Below, in pieces: positions 1 through 13,159 of a stretch of 64,000 nt of DNA. Every line of letters starts with the position of its first letter. The stretch's first letter is position 1. Origin of the DNA: Octopus sinensis (taxonomy: Eukaryota); NCBI RefSeq assembly GCF_006345805.1, contig NW_021832601.1, positions 105,061 to 169,060 on the forward strand, in the 5' to 3' direction. A program made the translations under genes and the position numbers. The notes beneath the pieces were generated by a model. The model was not told the DNA's origin. It worked only from the letters and a program-made list of their open reading frames with translations, and searched no databases.

Positions 1-430
1 CTTCGAATGGAATGCAGATGAAAACAGTCTTACAAGCGTACACCATCCTTTCACAATCCCCAATCCCAATGATTTCAAACTTCTCGAATCCAGCCCTCTA
101 AAAATACAATTACAAGCCTATCACATCATTATTAGTGGGTGGAAGATTTCAAAGAATTTCAGATTCTCTACCTCATTAAAAAATCTTTAAAGCACTTAAA
201 ATCAGTGAAGGGATCTAAAAAGAATGTTTAGTGTTTTTCTCAAAGCCCTTCAATATGGGACACTCTGCATCCTTGAGTCGCAATCAGCTTCGATAGACTC
301 ATCATGATTCTGACTAAAACAGCAAAAATATTCGTGATATCATCGTTTTCCCAAAAACGCAATTAATGATTCAGTGCTTTTCCTCTGTTATTCCTGGGAA
401 GCTCCATGAGCTCGAGCTAGAAACTGAGCC
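1..430 (+). pseudogene. aspS: Bacterial (chlamydial-type) aspartyl-tRNA synthetase, C-terminal remnant, copy 1 (runs off the window start)
   Basis: Frameshifted translation FEWNADENSLTSVHHPFT..AYHIIISGWKI..KALQYGT..FDRLIMILT..RDIIVFPKTQ..GKLHELEL follows bacterial AspRS (HHPFT; motif 3 GLDR; IRDVIAFPKT). No introns; many stops and indels. Confidence 0.9.
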
Positions 431-504
431 CAAAAAATTACTCGGATATAAATCGAGGATATTAAAGTTTAATTTTCAAGAGGATTTGATTAAGAGAAAT
501 CAAA

Positions 505-990
505 AGTATTTAACAAACTTACAAGTCACTTTCGAGTTTTATTTGTTAGGTCTTTTACACTTAGTTATGCTACTGTAACCCAATGAAGAGAGGCTCCGCA
601 GCCCAACAAGAGCCAAAGAAAGAGCAAGAAATCGATATTAATAAAGTCTCTAAAGCTTTCGGTCATTTAATTGGTAATAACCTCGAAACTTTGGGATTTG
701 AGTTAGATATCCAAAAAGTGATTTAAAGAATGAAAGACTTCCTCTGGAAGACTCTCCGAGTGTGTTCAAGCCACCTCAATTGTTCAGGAAGAAGCTTTTC
801 AAAACCCCGCGAGCAAAAACCTAACTCAAGCAAATGAATTACTTTCTACTAATGTTAGTCAAAAAGGAGTTATCAAACTTGAGAAACACAAACTCAATAC
901 CGCATTGAAAACGAGGAAAAGGCCTGCAAAATACAAAGTTCCAAGCGATGCAACTCTGCAATAGATTTTCCAAAGTGGTTAGGATAGCAG
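505..990 (+). pseudogene. mip: Chlamydial-type Mip (FKBP PPIase) 5' remnant, copy 1
   Basis: Signal-peptide-like start, then EIDINKVSKAFGHLIGNNLETLGFELDIQKVI*..EEAFQNPASKNLTQANELLSTNVSQKGVIKLEKHKL(QYRI). This resembles the Mip N-terminal dimerisation region of Chlamydiae (SEALGH..; ENLSLAEKFLKEN..KLQYKIIKEG). Lies directly after aspS; the FKBP domain is lost. Confidence 0.78.
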
Positions 991-999
991 TTTTTTTCT

Positions 1000-2340
1000 T
1001 TATAAAAACACCTGAAATTTTAGTCTAATCTAAGAAGTCAAAGCAACAGTTGGAGCTTGTACTAACGAGTCTTCTGATAAGTTGATGTTAAAAAGATTAA
1101 GATAGCCGATTTTAGTCATAGATAGTGTCTCCATACTATTTAACGATAAGATGGTAACATAGGCTTGGCAATTTTTTTATTACAAAATTAAAAGAGACCA
1201 CCTGATAAACAACCTGATTACGAAGTCGACAACATAGGAAGTACTTTCTTCCTGTATTGAGAAAGTGACTTCTGCTAGTTCCAATGATCTTTAACAGGAG
1301 GAATCTGAAAAGTAAAAACACTTAAGTATCCTTCAATCGAACGATCTTGGCGAAAATGAATTCTAGAAGAACTCCTTTATGTGCTGAAGTAGGAAGATAA
1401 GAGAGCTTTGCCATCTGAATTGCGAATTGCTGTATGTTGCTAAGGCTATTTTCTGTGGCAATTAATAAAGACAAGGGGGAGTAAAACGAGTAGCCATTTT
1501 ATTTGTGTGAAGAAGAATTTCCGTGCTTTACTGTATTATTTCCTGATACAAAAAGCCCAATAATTACGGCAGATGCAGTTCCAATCATAACAGCAGCGGC
1601 TGTTTTAATATAGGCACAGCCATCTTTAACTAAAATAGCTTGAAGAATGCGAATTTTGCCCCCGTATATTTTTAGTATCGATTCGGAGAAAGTGAGAATT
1701 TTTACTTTCGATCTGAATGATCGATATAGGTTTTTTCATCGCATGGGATTTTTTTAATTGAGGGGCTAATCTCAGAGGTGAAGATTATACGTTCGGATTT
1801 GACAAACCAAATTTTGACATCATTTTTAATGTGCATAGGATTTGACATCAGCCATCATTCTGGTGGATAAATATAGGTAAAGAGGATTGCTTCTCCACTT
1901 AAAAGACAAGAGAATAATAAAAAGGTGTCTTATAACTTTCCCCAATATACTTAACTATCAGTGATCAGGATGCGTAGAGGCATAAGAGCAATTGCTAAGG
2001 CAATCCCTAATCCCCACTCTATCATAGACAGGCTGCAGCATCATTCCAGTATCCAAGTTTTCATAAGTTTTGTTTGTTTCCTACTCACACTCTGATAGTG
2101 CATGGTCTGCTGCCTTTAGAGGCAAGGTTGAAGTCGCAAAGATAAAATCCAGTAGAAGCGTCAGAACCTTCTTTGTCAAAATTTCCTAAATTAATTCTTT
2201 TAAAGTGATTATGCTGCCCTAAGTTTGGTTTTTTGGTAAAGTCCAGATTGAATTTTTTATATTGAAGTGAATTCAAAAATTGGGAGTTTAACAAAATCAT
2301 CGGATTAACTTTTGAGCAGCAAATCAGCCCTAGAGCAGCT
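1000..2340 (-). pseudogene. Intronless bacterial-like ORF remnants: small membrane protein, secreted hypothetical, putative lipoprotein
   Basis: Minus-strand fragments read KKVLTLLLDFIFATSTLPLKAAD..IEWGLGIALAIAL; LLFSCLLSGEAILFTYIYPPE*W..; RIDTKN..RILQAILVKDGCAYIKTAAA; KWLLVLLPLVFINC (lipobox-like). Tightly packed with N-terminal signal peptides and no introns. Resemblance to environmental-chlamydial hypotheticals is from memory only. Confidence 0.5.
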
Positions 2341-2559
2341 TATTTTGAATAAATTGTATTATGAAAATGGCTTAAAAGATATGACCAATTTTTGAGTTTA
2401 TTTCAGTTTATCAGTTGCGTTGTTAGAGATTAAGAATTTCGTTCTACAAAAACTGAAATTTATTTTTTTGAAAATAATTTTACTCTCCAAAAATGACCAC
2501 AAATCTCGAGCCTAAATTTTTTTGAACACTGACGGAAATTAGTAAATCAGTTTTTTGAA

Positions 2560-3030
2560 AAATTCGATTTATAAAAGATGAATTACTTAAATCTGATTCC
2601 TCTGACATTCTTACTGTGGACAACGTTTCAAAAAGTCATTTTCATCGAGTAGGGGGTACAAAGTTATGCCAACTATCATTAAATTGCCCATAAAATATAC
2701 CTAAGTCTTATTTTATATATTTTAACCTAGTCGAGGCCGTACAAAAGTCCGGTTGTTTCACCCATGCTGTGCCCGATTATTCTAATTTTATCATGCCTTA
2801 ATTTATTTCGGAGTTTTTCGACGTCGAAGACTATATTTTGGTAACTATGTTTGCCACAAAATGAATTTTGAGCATCCATGACAGAGACTTGAAATTTTAT
2901 GTTAGTGAGACTTGTATTCCTATATGTGACAGTTTCTTTACTATTGACTAGCATTTATATTTGGTGCCCTGAAAGCCGTAAAGTATGTAAATTGGGTAAG
3001 GGTAGTTAAATTTGTCCATGTTACTTTTTG
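2560..3030 (-). pseudogene. ABHD11: ABHD11-like alpha/beta hydrolase, degenerate, copy 1
   Basis: PIYILYGFQGTKYKC*SIVKKL..VSVMDAQN..IRIIGHSMGETTGLLYGLD matches the ABHD11 pattern HGLFGSK..DARNHG..GHSMGG. In-frame TAG and an apparent frameshift. Confidence 0.6.
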
Positions 3031-3282
3031 AACTAAAGAGGTGAGGAACCCGAAATTAAATGATAACAGAAACGAATTACCTAAAATTTCTTCTGGGCGA
3101 CCCAAAAGATGCTATCAGAGCGATCACATCATTCTTTTGGATTAAGACAACGCTGTAAGGTTTTCTCGCCACCCATCACTCAACTAAATCATGAAGAGAG
3201 ATGCGGCAGGACTATTGAGAAAATAAATCAAATTTTATATTCGTTAGAATGTTAAAAAATGTTAATTTACTGTTAAAGATGA

Positions 3283-5100
3283 TCATTGAGAATAATTTTG
3301 CAGAACTCTTGCTGATGGATCAGTAGCTGAGCACCATTTAGGCATCCATTGATACGGAATGACACTGGAGTTGTCTTTGTAATATTTTTCAAAAATATCT
3401 CTATAGTACAACGCTTCTTTGGTCAAAGGAGTGTTAAATGGATATTTTTCAGAAGCTTTAGCCAGCTGATCGTCTGAAATCTAAAATCACTGACAATATT
3501 TTAAACCTTATCTTCCAAATATTCTTGAATCATTGAATACCAGGATCGTCTTAAGGAAGAAACACCGTCACTAAATGCTTCTTTTTTCCTCCAAAGAATT
3601 TCATCTGGCAAAAGCCCACGGTCACTAAAAGCCTGTCGCAGCAATTTTTTTTCAATGTCATTTTCACTTCCACGTCGGATGGAGGAAGAAAGTGATAGAT
3701 AATACGCGGTAAATCGATGATCAAGAAAAGGTACCCTTAATTCCAACCTCATCGTCAGATCAAAAAAAGTTACCCAGAGTTTGCAGTGGTCCTATCTGCT
3801 CTAAGTCCGTCGTACAAATAAATATCGTTTAACAGTCTTCGGGACTCTTTATCTGCTTCTTCTGCCGATGGGGCATTCTTAAAGTATAAATATCCTTGGC
3901 ATAGTTCGTCAGAGCCTTCTCCCGACATAATAACGGCACATTTGGAGTTTTCGGATATCCATTTGCTTATTAAATACATTGCTAAAAAACAAAATTAACA
4001 AAAAAGTAAAAAACCAGTAGACGCCCTCACCGTAGTTACATCATAACTTTCTATACATTTAATCACCTCATCTAAATGGGATATTCCTTCTTCCTCTGTA
4101 AAGAGAATTTCTTTGTGACAACTTCCAATATGATTCGCCATCAACCGTGCTGCCTCGACATCAGGACTTGCCTTCATTCCGATTGTGAAAGTATAGAGTT
4201 TTGCAGAACTGTCAACCCGTTTCAGTTCTTCATTCACTAAAGCTGCAATCAGACTCGAATCCAGTCCTCCAGAAAGAAGACATCCAATTTCTCTATCTCC
4301 CATCATTCTCTTAGCTACTGCTGACTGAAGTAAATTTCGGATATTTTCCAATATTTCATTTCCTGTATGTTAAATATATCGATAAAACCTAAATTTTCGA
4401 CTACCTCATCCATTGTCTTATAAAGCGGGAAATCCCCAATACTATGAAATTTGACAGAAGTAACAAATCGTGTTAGTCCTTCCTTATCTATACTATATTC
4501 TTGATAAAATCCAGGTTTTAAAGGTTCAAGAATAGCTTTATCTTTTTTGAGTGAAACCAATCCTAGAGATTTAATGACACATATAACCTTTTAATTCTGA
4601 ACAAACACCTAATTTACTTCCATCATACAAATAAAAAACTGGTCGAACACCAAATGTGTCCCTTCCAATGAATATTTTTCCTTCCAAAGCATCAAAAATA
4701 CAAAAAACAAATTCCCCATCAAGGCTTTCAACTAATTTTTGTATCCCACCTTTTGCATATAGGTGAATCAAGACTTCAGAATCACATTTAGTTTTGAATT
4801 GAAAATCGTATTGAGATTCAAGCTAATAATAACAAATTAAGGTGAAAATACTTTTCTGTAGTTATATATTTCTCCATTGAATATTAAATGATAGTGGGGA
4901 TATTCATTGAGATTCATTGGCTGCTTCCCGTAGAGAGAATCAACTACTGCCAACCGATGAAAGCACATGTAAGCTTTTTTTTGTCTAGGGACTGTTTCAA
5001 AGCATGTCGAGTCTGGTCCTCGGTGGGATATTTTCATTGAAATATCAAAATATGACGACAAATCCCCATCAAAACCAAAAAGAGCCCATATTCCGCACAT
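3283..5100 (-). CDS. ASNS: Asparagine synthetase (glutamine-hydrolysing), 7 exons, copy 1
   Basis: [63 protein letters not shown]. Six GT-AG introns of 25-34 nt (e.g. 4823-4851, 4563-4587) restore the frame. Stop at 3283-3285. Confidence 0.96.
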
Positions 5101-5623
5101 TTGGTTATCGCTTTCAATATGTCGATTTAGATAAACCTTTTTTATTATTCTATAAATGAAAATAATAAAATTATTTTATTTTTATATATTATATAATTAT
5201 CGGGTTAATCTTTCCAAATATTTTTTAGGCTTTAAAAAATAATAGTAAATAATTTCACTAACCAAAAACGCAAATCATTATAATTGACCATTAATCAAAC
5301 CACAATCACTTTTTACTAATTCGATTAAGAGGAATTCACAATCTGACGTTAATTTAGATGAGATTACATACTCCTAGAGAAATTGGGGATTCATTTTGTC
5401 ACAACTCTTAAATACTCTAAGACTCCCAAATATAGTCAAATTTTCATAATACTCCAACACATTTATGAAAAAGTTATTAAATTTGCAAGATAAATATAAA
5501 TTTATTTTATGCTTCATTTTTTCATTTTCCATTTATAAAATTTAATTTTTGGAAAATTACAAATAATATTTTAATTGATATTAGTGGTTAAATTTTAAAT
5601 AAATTCTGGCCTTATTAAATTTT

Positions 5624-6044
5624 ATGATGCAGCTGCCATTTTATGAATACTTTGGTAAAGTATGGATGACCATTGGCCCATTATTGGGATCTATTTCAGT
5701 TTTATTAGCAGCATTTGACCATCATAGTATTAAAGTCTGTTTATCTTTTAGTCTTTCAGAAGAGATGTCCGGACCCAAGACGAAAAAAAGCATTTTCTGT
5801 TGGAAATTTAATTCACATGATACACAGTATAATTCTTGTTGTCGCTTCTCTTTCATTAAATCATTATTTGGTACTTTTGATAATTAGTTCTTAATAGTCT
5901 TCATATTTGTTTACTGCTGGAATTTTTCTGTTTTCTGGATCTTGCTATCTTTATGCAGTCACTGGATACTATAAGATTGGATTTTTGGCTCCTTTTGGGG
6001 GAACTATTTTGAGTATTGCTTGGTTCTCTATGGCTTTTCGTTAA
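5624..6044 (+). CDS. TMEM256: TMEM256/DUF423 membrane protein, 3 exons, copy 1
   Basis: Removing intron 5727-5751 and a second short intron gives ..AFDHHIFQKRCPDPRRKKAFSVGNLIHMIHS..GIFLFSGSCY..LAPFGGTILSIAW, typical of DUF423. Confidence 0.85.
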
Positions 6045-6359
6045 AATTGACAAATTTACTTAGCATCTAATATATTCGAATTTCTGGGATTTTTTAATTT
6101 TCTCTAATTAATGCTTTCTAAGAGCACTTAGTATGAAAATTTTCATAGGATTAAGATTTTGAAAGCATGATTGATTATAAGATATTTAAATAGGTAACGA
6201 GGCTTAATTTTTTAAGAATTTTAAAAATTGAACAGTTTGAATCATATTACGTTAAATATTATTCCATAAATATGAATCGATGCTTCAATTGCTATTATCA
6301 TGTCGAATAGTGTGTCATGTGATTGAATGATGCTCAACAATCAGAAAATGAAGATATAT

Positions 6360-6451
6360 GAAATTATAGTTAATGGAAAAATCAGAAATTATAGTTAATG
6401 GAAAAATCAGAAATTATAGTTAATGGAAAAATCAGAAATTATAGTTAATGG
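6360..6451. repeat. 25-bp tandem repeat (about 3.7 units; about 1.7 units in copy 3 near 49689)
   Basis: Unit GAAATTATAGTTAATGGAAAAATCA read directly. Confidence 0.9.
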
Positions 6452-7597
6452 GGGCTTGGATAAACAGACAATTGCTAGTTGACTACAAATAAAATATAAC
6501 AAGCCATACTTATTTACCCCAAAATAGCGAATTTAACAATCAATTAAGTTTACCTTCTGGCATTCAATACGCAGTGCGGCGTTGTTGAGCTAACCCTAAG
6601 GCTTTCGACTACCTTTTTAGCCACTTACCTTAGCTATAGCATCTAACCCTGTTTTTTAATAAATACTAAGTGTAACTTTAATAAATTGTTTGAAATTAGT
6701 TGGAGTAGAAACACTTCACAAATATGACACAATTGGTACAATTTTCAATAAATTATGCTATTATCTAATCTTTTACATTAAACAATAACAGCCTTGTCAC
6801 GTATTATGTTAAAAAATGATTGTTAGACATTTTAAGTACCAAAACGATATTTTAAATCAGAAGGGCCTTTTATGTATAAGGTAATTTATCAGATTAAAAG
6901 TATTGAAATTATTATGTTAGCTAATCACTCATCTTTTTTATAGGGGTCTTGTGAGCTGGAAGAACTGAAGTGTGCCTTCTCTGAGAAACTTTGATGTCAG
7001 AAAAAATAAAGAAACGTAGCTATTTTAATTACTTTTTGTATTTTAGAAATAGATTTATCATCTAAACTCTCGCTGGCCTAAAGATCTTTCAAATAGGCAA
7101 GGGACTACAGCTATGTCTTTCAGAATTATTAATCTATTAGGCCGCTCATCTTCCTAAATGATACTCCAAAGGTCACGTTTGGGACTAGTCTTCAGTAGTT
7201 TTTAGAATCTTACAAGCTGTCAGAATCAAGCTAATGGATTTTCTTGGTTTACCCACAAAAACAACTTCTGCAATTATTGGTAGCACCTTAAATGGAAACT
7301 TTGTTAAAAGTATCCTAATGATTCAAACAAAATATAGGCAAATATTTGAAACGCCATCCATGAGAACCGTAACGGGCTTACCATTGAAATAGTCTGTAGA
7401 ATCTTTTCTTTGAAATAACATTTGTTTGCTATATAATATTACAAATGTTTTAATTTATTTTAAAATTTAAGTAAATTTAGAGTAATAAAATTCCGGAAAT
7501 TTAAACAAACAAGTTTTTACGTAGTGCATTAGATTTTGCCGTCAATTTTATAAAGTATGTTAATTTAAAGCAATTTTTAATATAGAATAAACTCTAA

Positions 7598-10500
7598 ATG
7601 TCAGAAAACCTTCTTTTTTCAATGTGTAATAAAATGGTGGACAATTGTGTGCGAAATAAATACAATAAGAAAAAGAATTATGTAAAATTCAAAGAAATGT
7701 TGTTCAGAAAACTTTTAACCTATAAAGCGTAAATTAAAAAATAACTTATTAAAGAACTCAAGTCGATATTGCTTCTATTTTTGACAAAGATATTTTAAAC
7801 ATAATGAGGAGATTAACGCCGTATCTGTCATATGTTGATCAAAGAGTGGTAGAAATAAGCAACATTTTTATAAAAAGTATAAAATTATTTTATTATGTGG
7901 TAGCTAACAAGAAAACAGAATGTCTTACCGTTGTCTATTTTTTACTTTTAATAAAACAAGAAAATAAAAAGAATGTGACGGAATGGCCTTTAAGGAAATT
8001 TTTTGAGGTTTTAATTTACTTTTAAATCATCAGCCGGACACTAGATCTTATTATTTTCAATCAAATAACGAACTCTCATTCCTTTTTAAACCTCTGATGG
8101 AAGATCGGAACCGAAGAGATCAAAGCAAAGATATTGCGATTATTTCAAAACCCGAAACAAAAAAGAATAAAATACTACATTTGTCGTGGGACGCACTGCT
8201 TGGGTTAAGAATTTGGTCTTTAAAATAGTGGAGAAAAACTCATTATGGCGAACAGGTTTCGTTTAAGCACAAACTTTAAACCAATTGCTGTGGAAACCAT
8301 TTCAGCGACTTGTTTAAAGGATGAAGTTCAAGATTGGGGAACATTTGAGCCATCTCCACTGATAAAAACAGTCCAAAATTTTAAAAAGGAATTTGAAATT
8401 TTGAAGTTTTATTTGACTATTCGTCACGTGTCATCGACTCGGCCAATTCAAAAAATTATTTTTGAAAAATTTTTTAAGCCATATTCCTGGTTGTGTTTTT
8501 GAAAATTATTTTTAAGTTTTCTCCAGGAAGCGTTAGATTCTGTGATGAAAAGTCCCCAATCAGTTTTTAAATTTTTTAGTTTTTTTAGTTCATTGAATTT
8601 TTGGAAGAAAAATTTTGCAATTTTGTATTTTTTACTCCCCATTTTACACGATTTATCTCAGTGTTCATGACTACGGTTTATACTCCCATATTAGAGTATA
8701 TTTGTCAGTTCTGTTTTTATTTGGTAGTTCTATTCTCAGATCCATATCGAGACCAGAAAATACTTCTCTTTTGACTGCCATCAATTTTCAGTTTTATTCA
8801 CAAAAAGGTTGGCATTTACATGGATAATTATTTGATCGTAATTTTTGGATGTACGCAATCGAGTCAAAGGGATCATTCAAAAAGGAATTTATTTTTCAAA
8901 AATATTTAAAGAATATTATTACATGTGTCAAGATTATTTCTTTATTAGATGTTTCCAACGCTGTATATATTTAAAGTTTAATTTAGTTTCAAATGGAATA
9001 TGAATTTTTTAGCAAAACAATTTTCCCGAGCTTTGAAATTGATTTTTTCGCCAAAGAGGAAGGTTACAGGCTAAGAGACGAAACTAGTCGTTTTTTTGAA
9101 AACCTGAACAGTCAATTCGATAATTTACTTAAAAAACGGTTCTCATAATGCTTTATTTTCAGTCAAGCTGATGAAAAGAGAAAGGAAAGGGAAAGAGTAT
9201 CCGCAATAGTACGAAGAATTAGAGAAGCACGAAGGAGAAGAAAAGAGATGATATGCTCATTGGAAAACTCCAATGAAAGAATTAAAGAACTCAAAGAATC
9301 ATATCGTCTTGAACTTGTGCAGCAGATTGAGGATAACGTTGTTAGAAGGGTTGAAGAAGAACTCAAATCAAGAATATTCCAGATCAATCAGATTTAATTG
9401 AAAGAGAAATAACAGAAGAAATTAAGAGAGAGTTGATTGAACTATACCAAAGAGAGATGGAACAAGTTAATTTGGATATCGAAAAGAGAAACTGGCAAAT
9501 TAAACGTCGGTCATTAAGTAAAAAACGCGCTGAAGCTCTTCACACTTTCCCTGAGATGAATTTTGAATCATTTAAAGCGGCTGAGAACAATATTTTAACA
9601 TCCAGCGTTGATTTTAGTCATGAAAATGTCCCTTTTCTCTCTGAACCCCCAGAGGAGTATACTAAATCAGAAATGGTGCTCGGAGCTAACGAAACAGTCG
9701 AATGTCACACAACCTTGACTGATAATTCTAAAGAAATAACATGCACTTATTATTTGAAAAATAAAGACGATGATATTATTCATCAGTTCACATTTCATTC
9801 GTATGCACACAGATTTCCAAAGTTATATATTTTTTATATAGTTTCAGGAAAGATCCATCAATTGTTAATACAACAGATGAATTTTCGGATGATCCTATTG
9901 AACCAGTGAAGAGAATATACTTTATGATGACTGGAAAGTTCAAAATCGAGTAGAAAATTTGGATAAACCTTCTTTTGACTTTAAAAAATTTGCCTCAAGT
10001 ATTTTTGGTCGTGAGGAAAAATCAAAGTCTCATTATGAGAGGAAACATGGAAAGAATGATGAAAACTTGTATTTTATTGGGAGGGTAAATATCGACAATT
10101 GGATGAGTAGTGTTGTCATTCCACAGTATAGTTATTCCTTTAAACATGTAGATTCAAATTTCTGAATCGACTGGCTTTTGATTATGTTTTTAACGTTTGC
10201 AGATTTTTTGAGAATTTTGAAGCCATTCGTGTCTCAATGTTATTTGGAAATAGTGATTTTCGCAGGCATTTTTTGAAAAAGATTTATAACTATCTTGTAT
10301 TTTTCATTTAATTAATTTTAAAGTATTCGGATAAATCAATTTCTTCTAATAATGGAAGTGTGAGTAATTTTTATTAAATCGATTTTTATCTTCTTCTTTT
10401 GCCCTTGCTGCCTTGGATTCTCCAATTTATAATAATCTTACATTTGTCGATGATGTTATGTTCAAAAATTATTGTAAATTTTTGTTAATTTGTAAATTTT

Positions 10501-10706
10501 TATAGCAATTGATTTTTCTAAATTTAATTGGAAAGTTACTTGGCATTAAACATAATCATGACGGCTGGCTGTATAGAAAAGTATTCAGAAACGTTTTTTG
10601 TTTTTAACTCGTCTGGAATTATCAATTTTTCAGCTTTATGAAATGAGAAAAACATTAAGAAAAATGTTATCAAATATTTCAGAAGATTCTAATAAATTGG
10701 CTTTTC
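7598..10706 (+). pseudogene. TUBGCP6: Gamma-tubulin complex component 6, 3'-truncated copy 1
   Basis: Near-identical to 51624 onward, but with 1-nt deletions near 9370 and 9905. Cut at 10706 by Helitron DNA, before the C-terminal GRIP2 region is complete. Confidence 0.8.
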
Positions 10707-12205
10707 AAATTAAAAAAAAATTTTCTGCATTTTGGTTAAAATGAACAACTACAATGTCCTCGACTTACATGATGAAGTCCTTAAAACCTTTCCCCCAAAA
10801 AATCAAAAAATTATTTTCTGCATTTTGATTAAAATGAACAACGCGAATGTCCTCGACATTCATGATGAGGTCCATTAAAACCTTCAAGGCAAAAATCTCA
10901 CGTATTAAAAATATCCTTGATGAAAACGACAGCGAGAATATTAACAATGATGAACTCCCAATTATTCGCGATAAAGAAATTCAATTCATCCTATGTTTTC
11001 TCTTTAAAATTAATTGCATATATCATTATCGACCATGAATCAAAATTAAAGCTATTATCATATTGACTTTGACAGAATGTGCAATCACAGATTGCACGAC
11101 TTGAATAGAGTGTGCAATTAACAGATTTTGAAAAACCACTTTGGATAGTTGAAACCACATTAGCACAATCATTAACACAATTTACCACCAATTGACGCAC
11201 GACCTTGAATAGAGTGTGCAATTAACAGATTTTGAAAAACACTTTGATAGTTGAAACCACATTAGCACAATCATTAACACAATTTACCACCAATTGACGC
11301 ACGACCTGAATAGAGTGTGCAATTAACAGATTTTTAAAAACACTTTGATAGTTGAAACCACATTAGCACAATCATTAACACAATTTACCACCAATTGACA
11401 GCGCAATCAGAAGAATTTGCGTAAAAATGTTAGCTATTTAGTTAAGTTTTTTCGTAAAGATAGAATTTATTTGCTGTATGCCTCTTTTCCTAAATTTTTT
11501 TATTATTCAAAAATAATTTTTTCAATAGATAACCGAAGGAGGGAAGACGACCTTAAGAAAAGAAGTTTTTCGTAAAGATAGAATTTATTTTCGGTATGCC
11601 TCTTTTCCTAAACTTTTTATTATTCAAAAATAATTTTTTAAATAGATAACCGAAGGAGGAAAAACGAAGCTGAAGAAAAAACGGTCTGCTTAATAAGGTA
11701 ATTAATTAAATCTTTTTGTGTGTCGCTTTTTTGTGTGTCGCTTTCTTGCCTGCCGCATCTCTGCCTGCCGCATTTCCGCCTGCCGCATCTCCCCTGCCCC
11801 ATTTCCGCCAGTAAAAACACAAAAAAAAAAAAAAGAAAAAAAAGGAAATTACAAAGGAAAAATGAAAAAATTAAATATAAAAAAAAAATAAACCACAAAA
11901 AATGAAAAAAAAAGTTTGCAATGACAATAAACAAGGCCCAGGGACAGTCATTAAAGGTAGTTGGGTTATTTTTAGAGAGTGAGTGCTTTTCACATGGACA
12001 GCTGTATGTGGGATGCTCGAGGTAGGCAGAAGAGAAAATTTATTCATATATGCCAAGGAAGGACGGACGACAAACATCGTTTATCAACAGGCGATAGAAT
12101 AGGGTACATAACCAGGTAGTTTTATACATCTACATAAACTTATAGTTGTTTGATGAAACAGGCCCTCCGCAGGAGCTAGTCGCGGTGAGCGAAGCGAGCT
12201 GCCGA
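10707..12205 (+). mobile_element. Helitron fragment at the copy 1/copy 2 junction
   Basis: Reverse-complement match to the 22374-27325 Helitron: internal repeats, helicase tail ([18 protein letters not shown], frameshifted), 3' hairpin. The terminal GCTAG is missing and the sequence reads straight into the duplicated host block. Confidence 0.85.
11095..11400. repeat. About 88-bp tandem repeat (3+ units) inside the Helitron fragment
   Basis: Repeated TGAATAGAGTGTGCAATTAACAGATTTT..GATAGTTGAAACCACATTAGCACAATC..CAATTGAC. Confidence 0.85.
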
Positions 12206-12660
12206 TATAGAAAAAATAAGATTCATCATCGATCGAATGTAGAAGAGAGGACGGTATCTCACTGGTCCTAAACGACTCGGCCAAAGGCCGGAGGGGTAAG
12301 CTTTATTCGTGAATATGTTTTTCAATTGTCTTATTTCCGCAAGTTCTCTAATTAAGACTCTCAGCTCTCGTATTTTTCTAATTGATCTATCTTTTTTAGA
12401 CAAATTGAACAGGAGTAAACACAAATATCTAATCTAACTTATAAAAATAAACTTGTTTAGCATACAATTCAAATTTTAAAAAGTTCAAAGAAGTTTCCTA
12501 AAATTGATTATGATATTTTCTGACAGCTATTTTCTAGTTTTTGTAGATATCGATTGTCTTAAGAATATGCACGAGAATCAAGAATTTCCTTGAATAATAA
12601 ACATATGCAAAAATGATGCGGAAAAATCTTAAAATTCATCTAAAATCCATTCATCTAATT

Positions 12661-13159
12661 CAGCGTTTCCCAACCTTTTTGTGCTCGCGGTATCTAAAAC
12701 TAGGTTTTTTTTCTCCTGGCACTTAAAAAATCAATATCCATTAGAAATGTTTTTTTAATTAATATATTCAAGCAACTTAACAAAAAATTACCAAAAGTAA
12801 TTATAATAACTGAGACACTTGTGCTTATTTATATGCACACAAAATTCCAGACGGGAACGAATTTGCGACAAACATACGCGGAGGTCATCTTCAACTGATA
12901 ACAATATTCTCAGATGTCTTGTAGACGGCGACTGATAGTATTGTTCGATAATGGAATCTTATTAATCTGTTTGGTTGCTTCCTCCCCAAGAATTTTACTA
13001 ACAATAATTTTGCAGGCGGGTAATATCAATTTTCTCCAATAGTGTGATTCTTACGGTTTAAAATATTATTATACAACTATAAATAATTTTCAATTTTAAT
13101 ATTAAAGATCTTGCGGCACCTAAAACCAGACCTCGCGGCACCCCGGTTGAGAATCGCTG
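12661..13159 (-). mobile_element. Non-autonomous hAT (Buster-type) deletion derivative, copy 2
   Basis: TIRs CAGCGTTTCCCAACC / GGTTGAGAATCGCTG, 8-bp TSD ATCTAATT on both sides. Internal antisense transposase piece IGEKLILPACKII..PLSNNTISRRLQDIS. Confidence 0.9.

Larger units (their letters stand above)
1355..10706. repeat. Segmental duplication block (bacterial remnants-ASNS-TMEM256-TUBGCP6), paired with 44653-54735
   Basis: Co-linear near-identity, offset 43304-44026, increasing at the 50180 insertion. Confidence 0.95.

Noticed and set aside
6460-7450. Possible gene or decayed element between TMEM256 and TUBGCP6
   Set aside because: Only short ORFs with no motif I recognise, and the two copies diverge with indels. 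Left unassigned.
11638-11934. Hydrophobic and lysine-rich ORFs in the ORF track
   Set aside because: Translations of A/T homopolymer and GCGGCAG low-complexity tracts inside the Helitron fragment.
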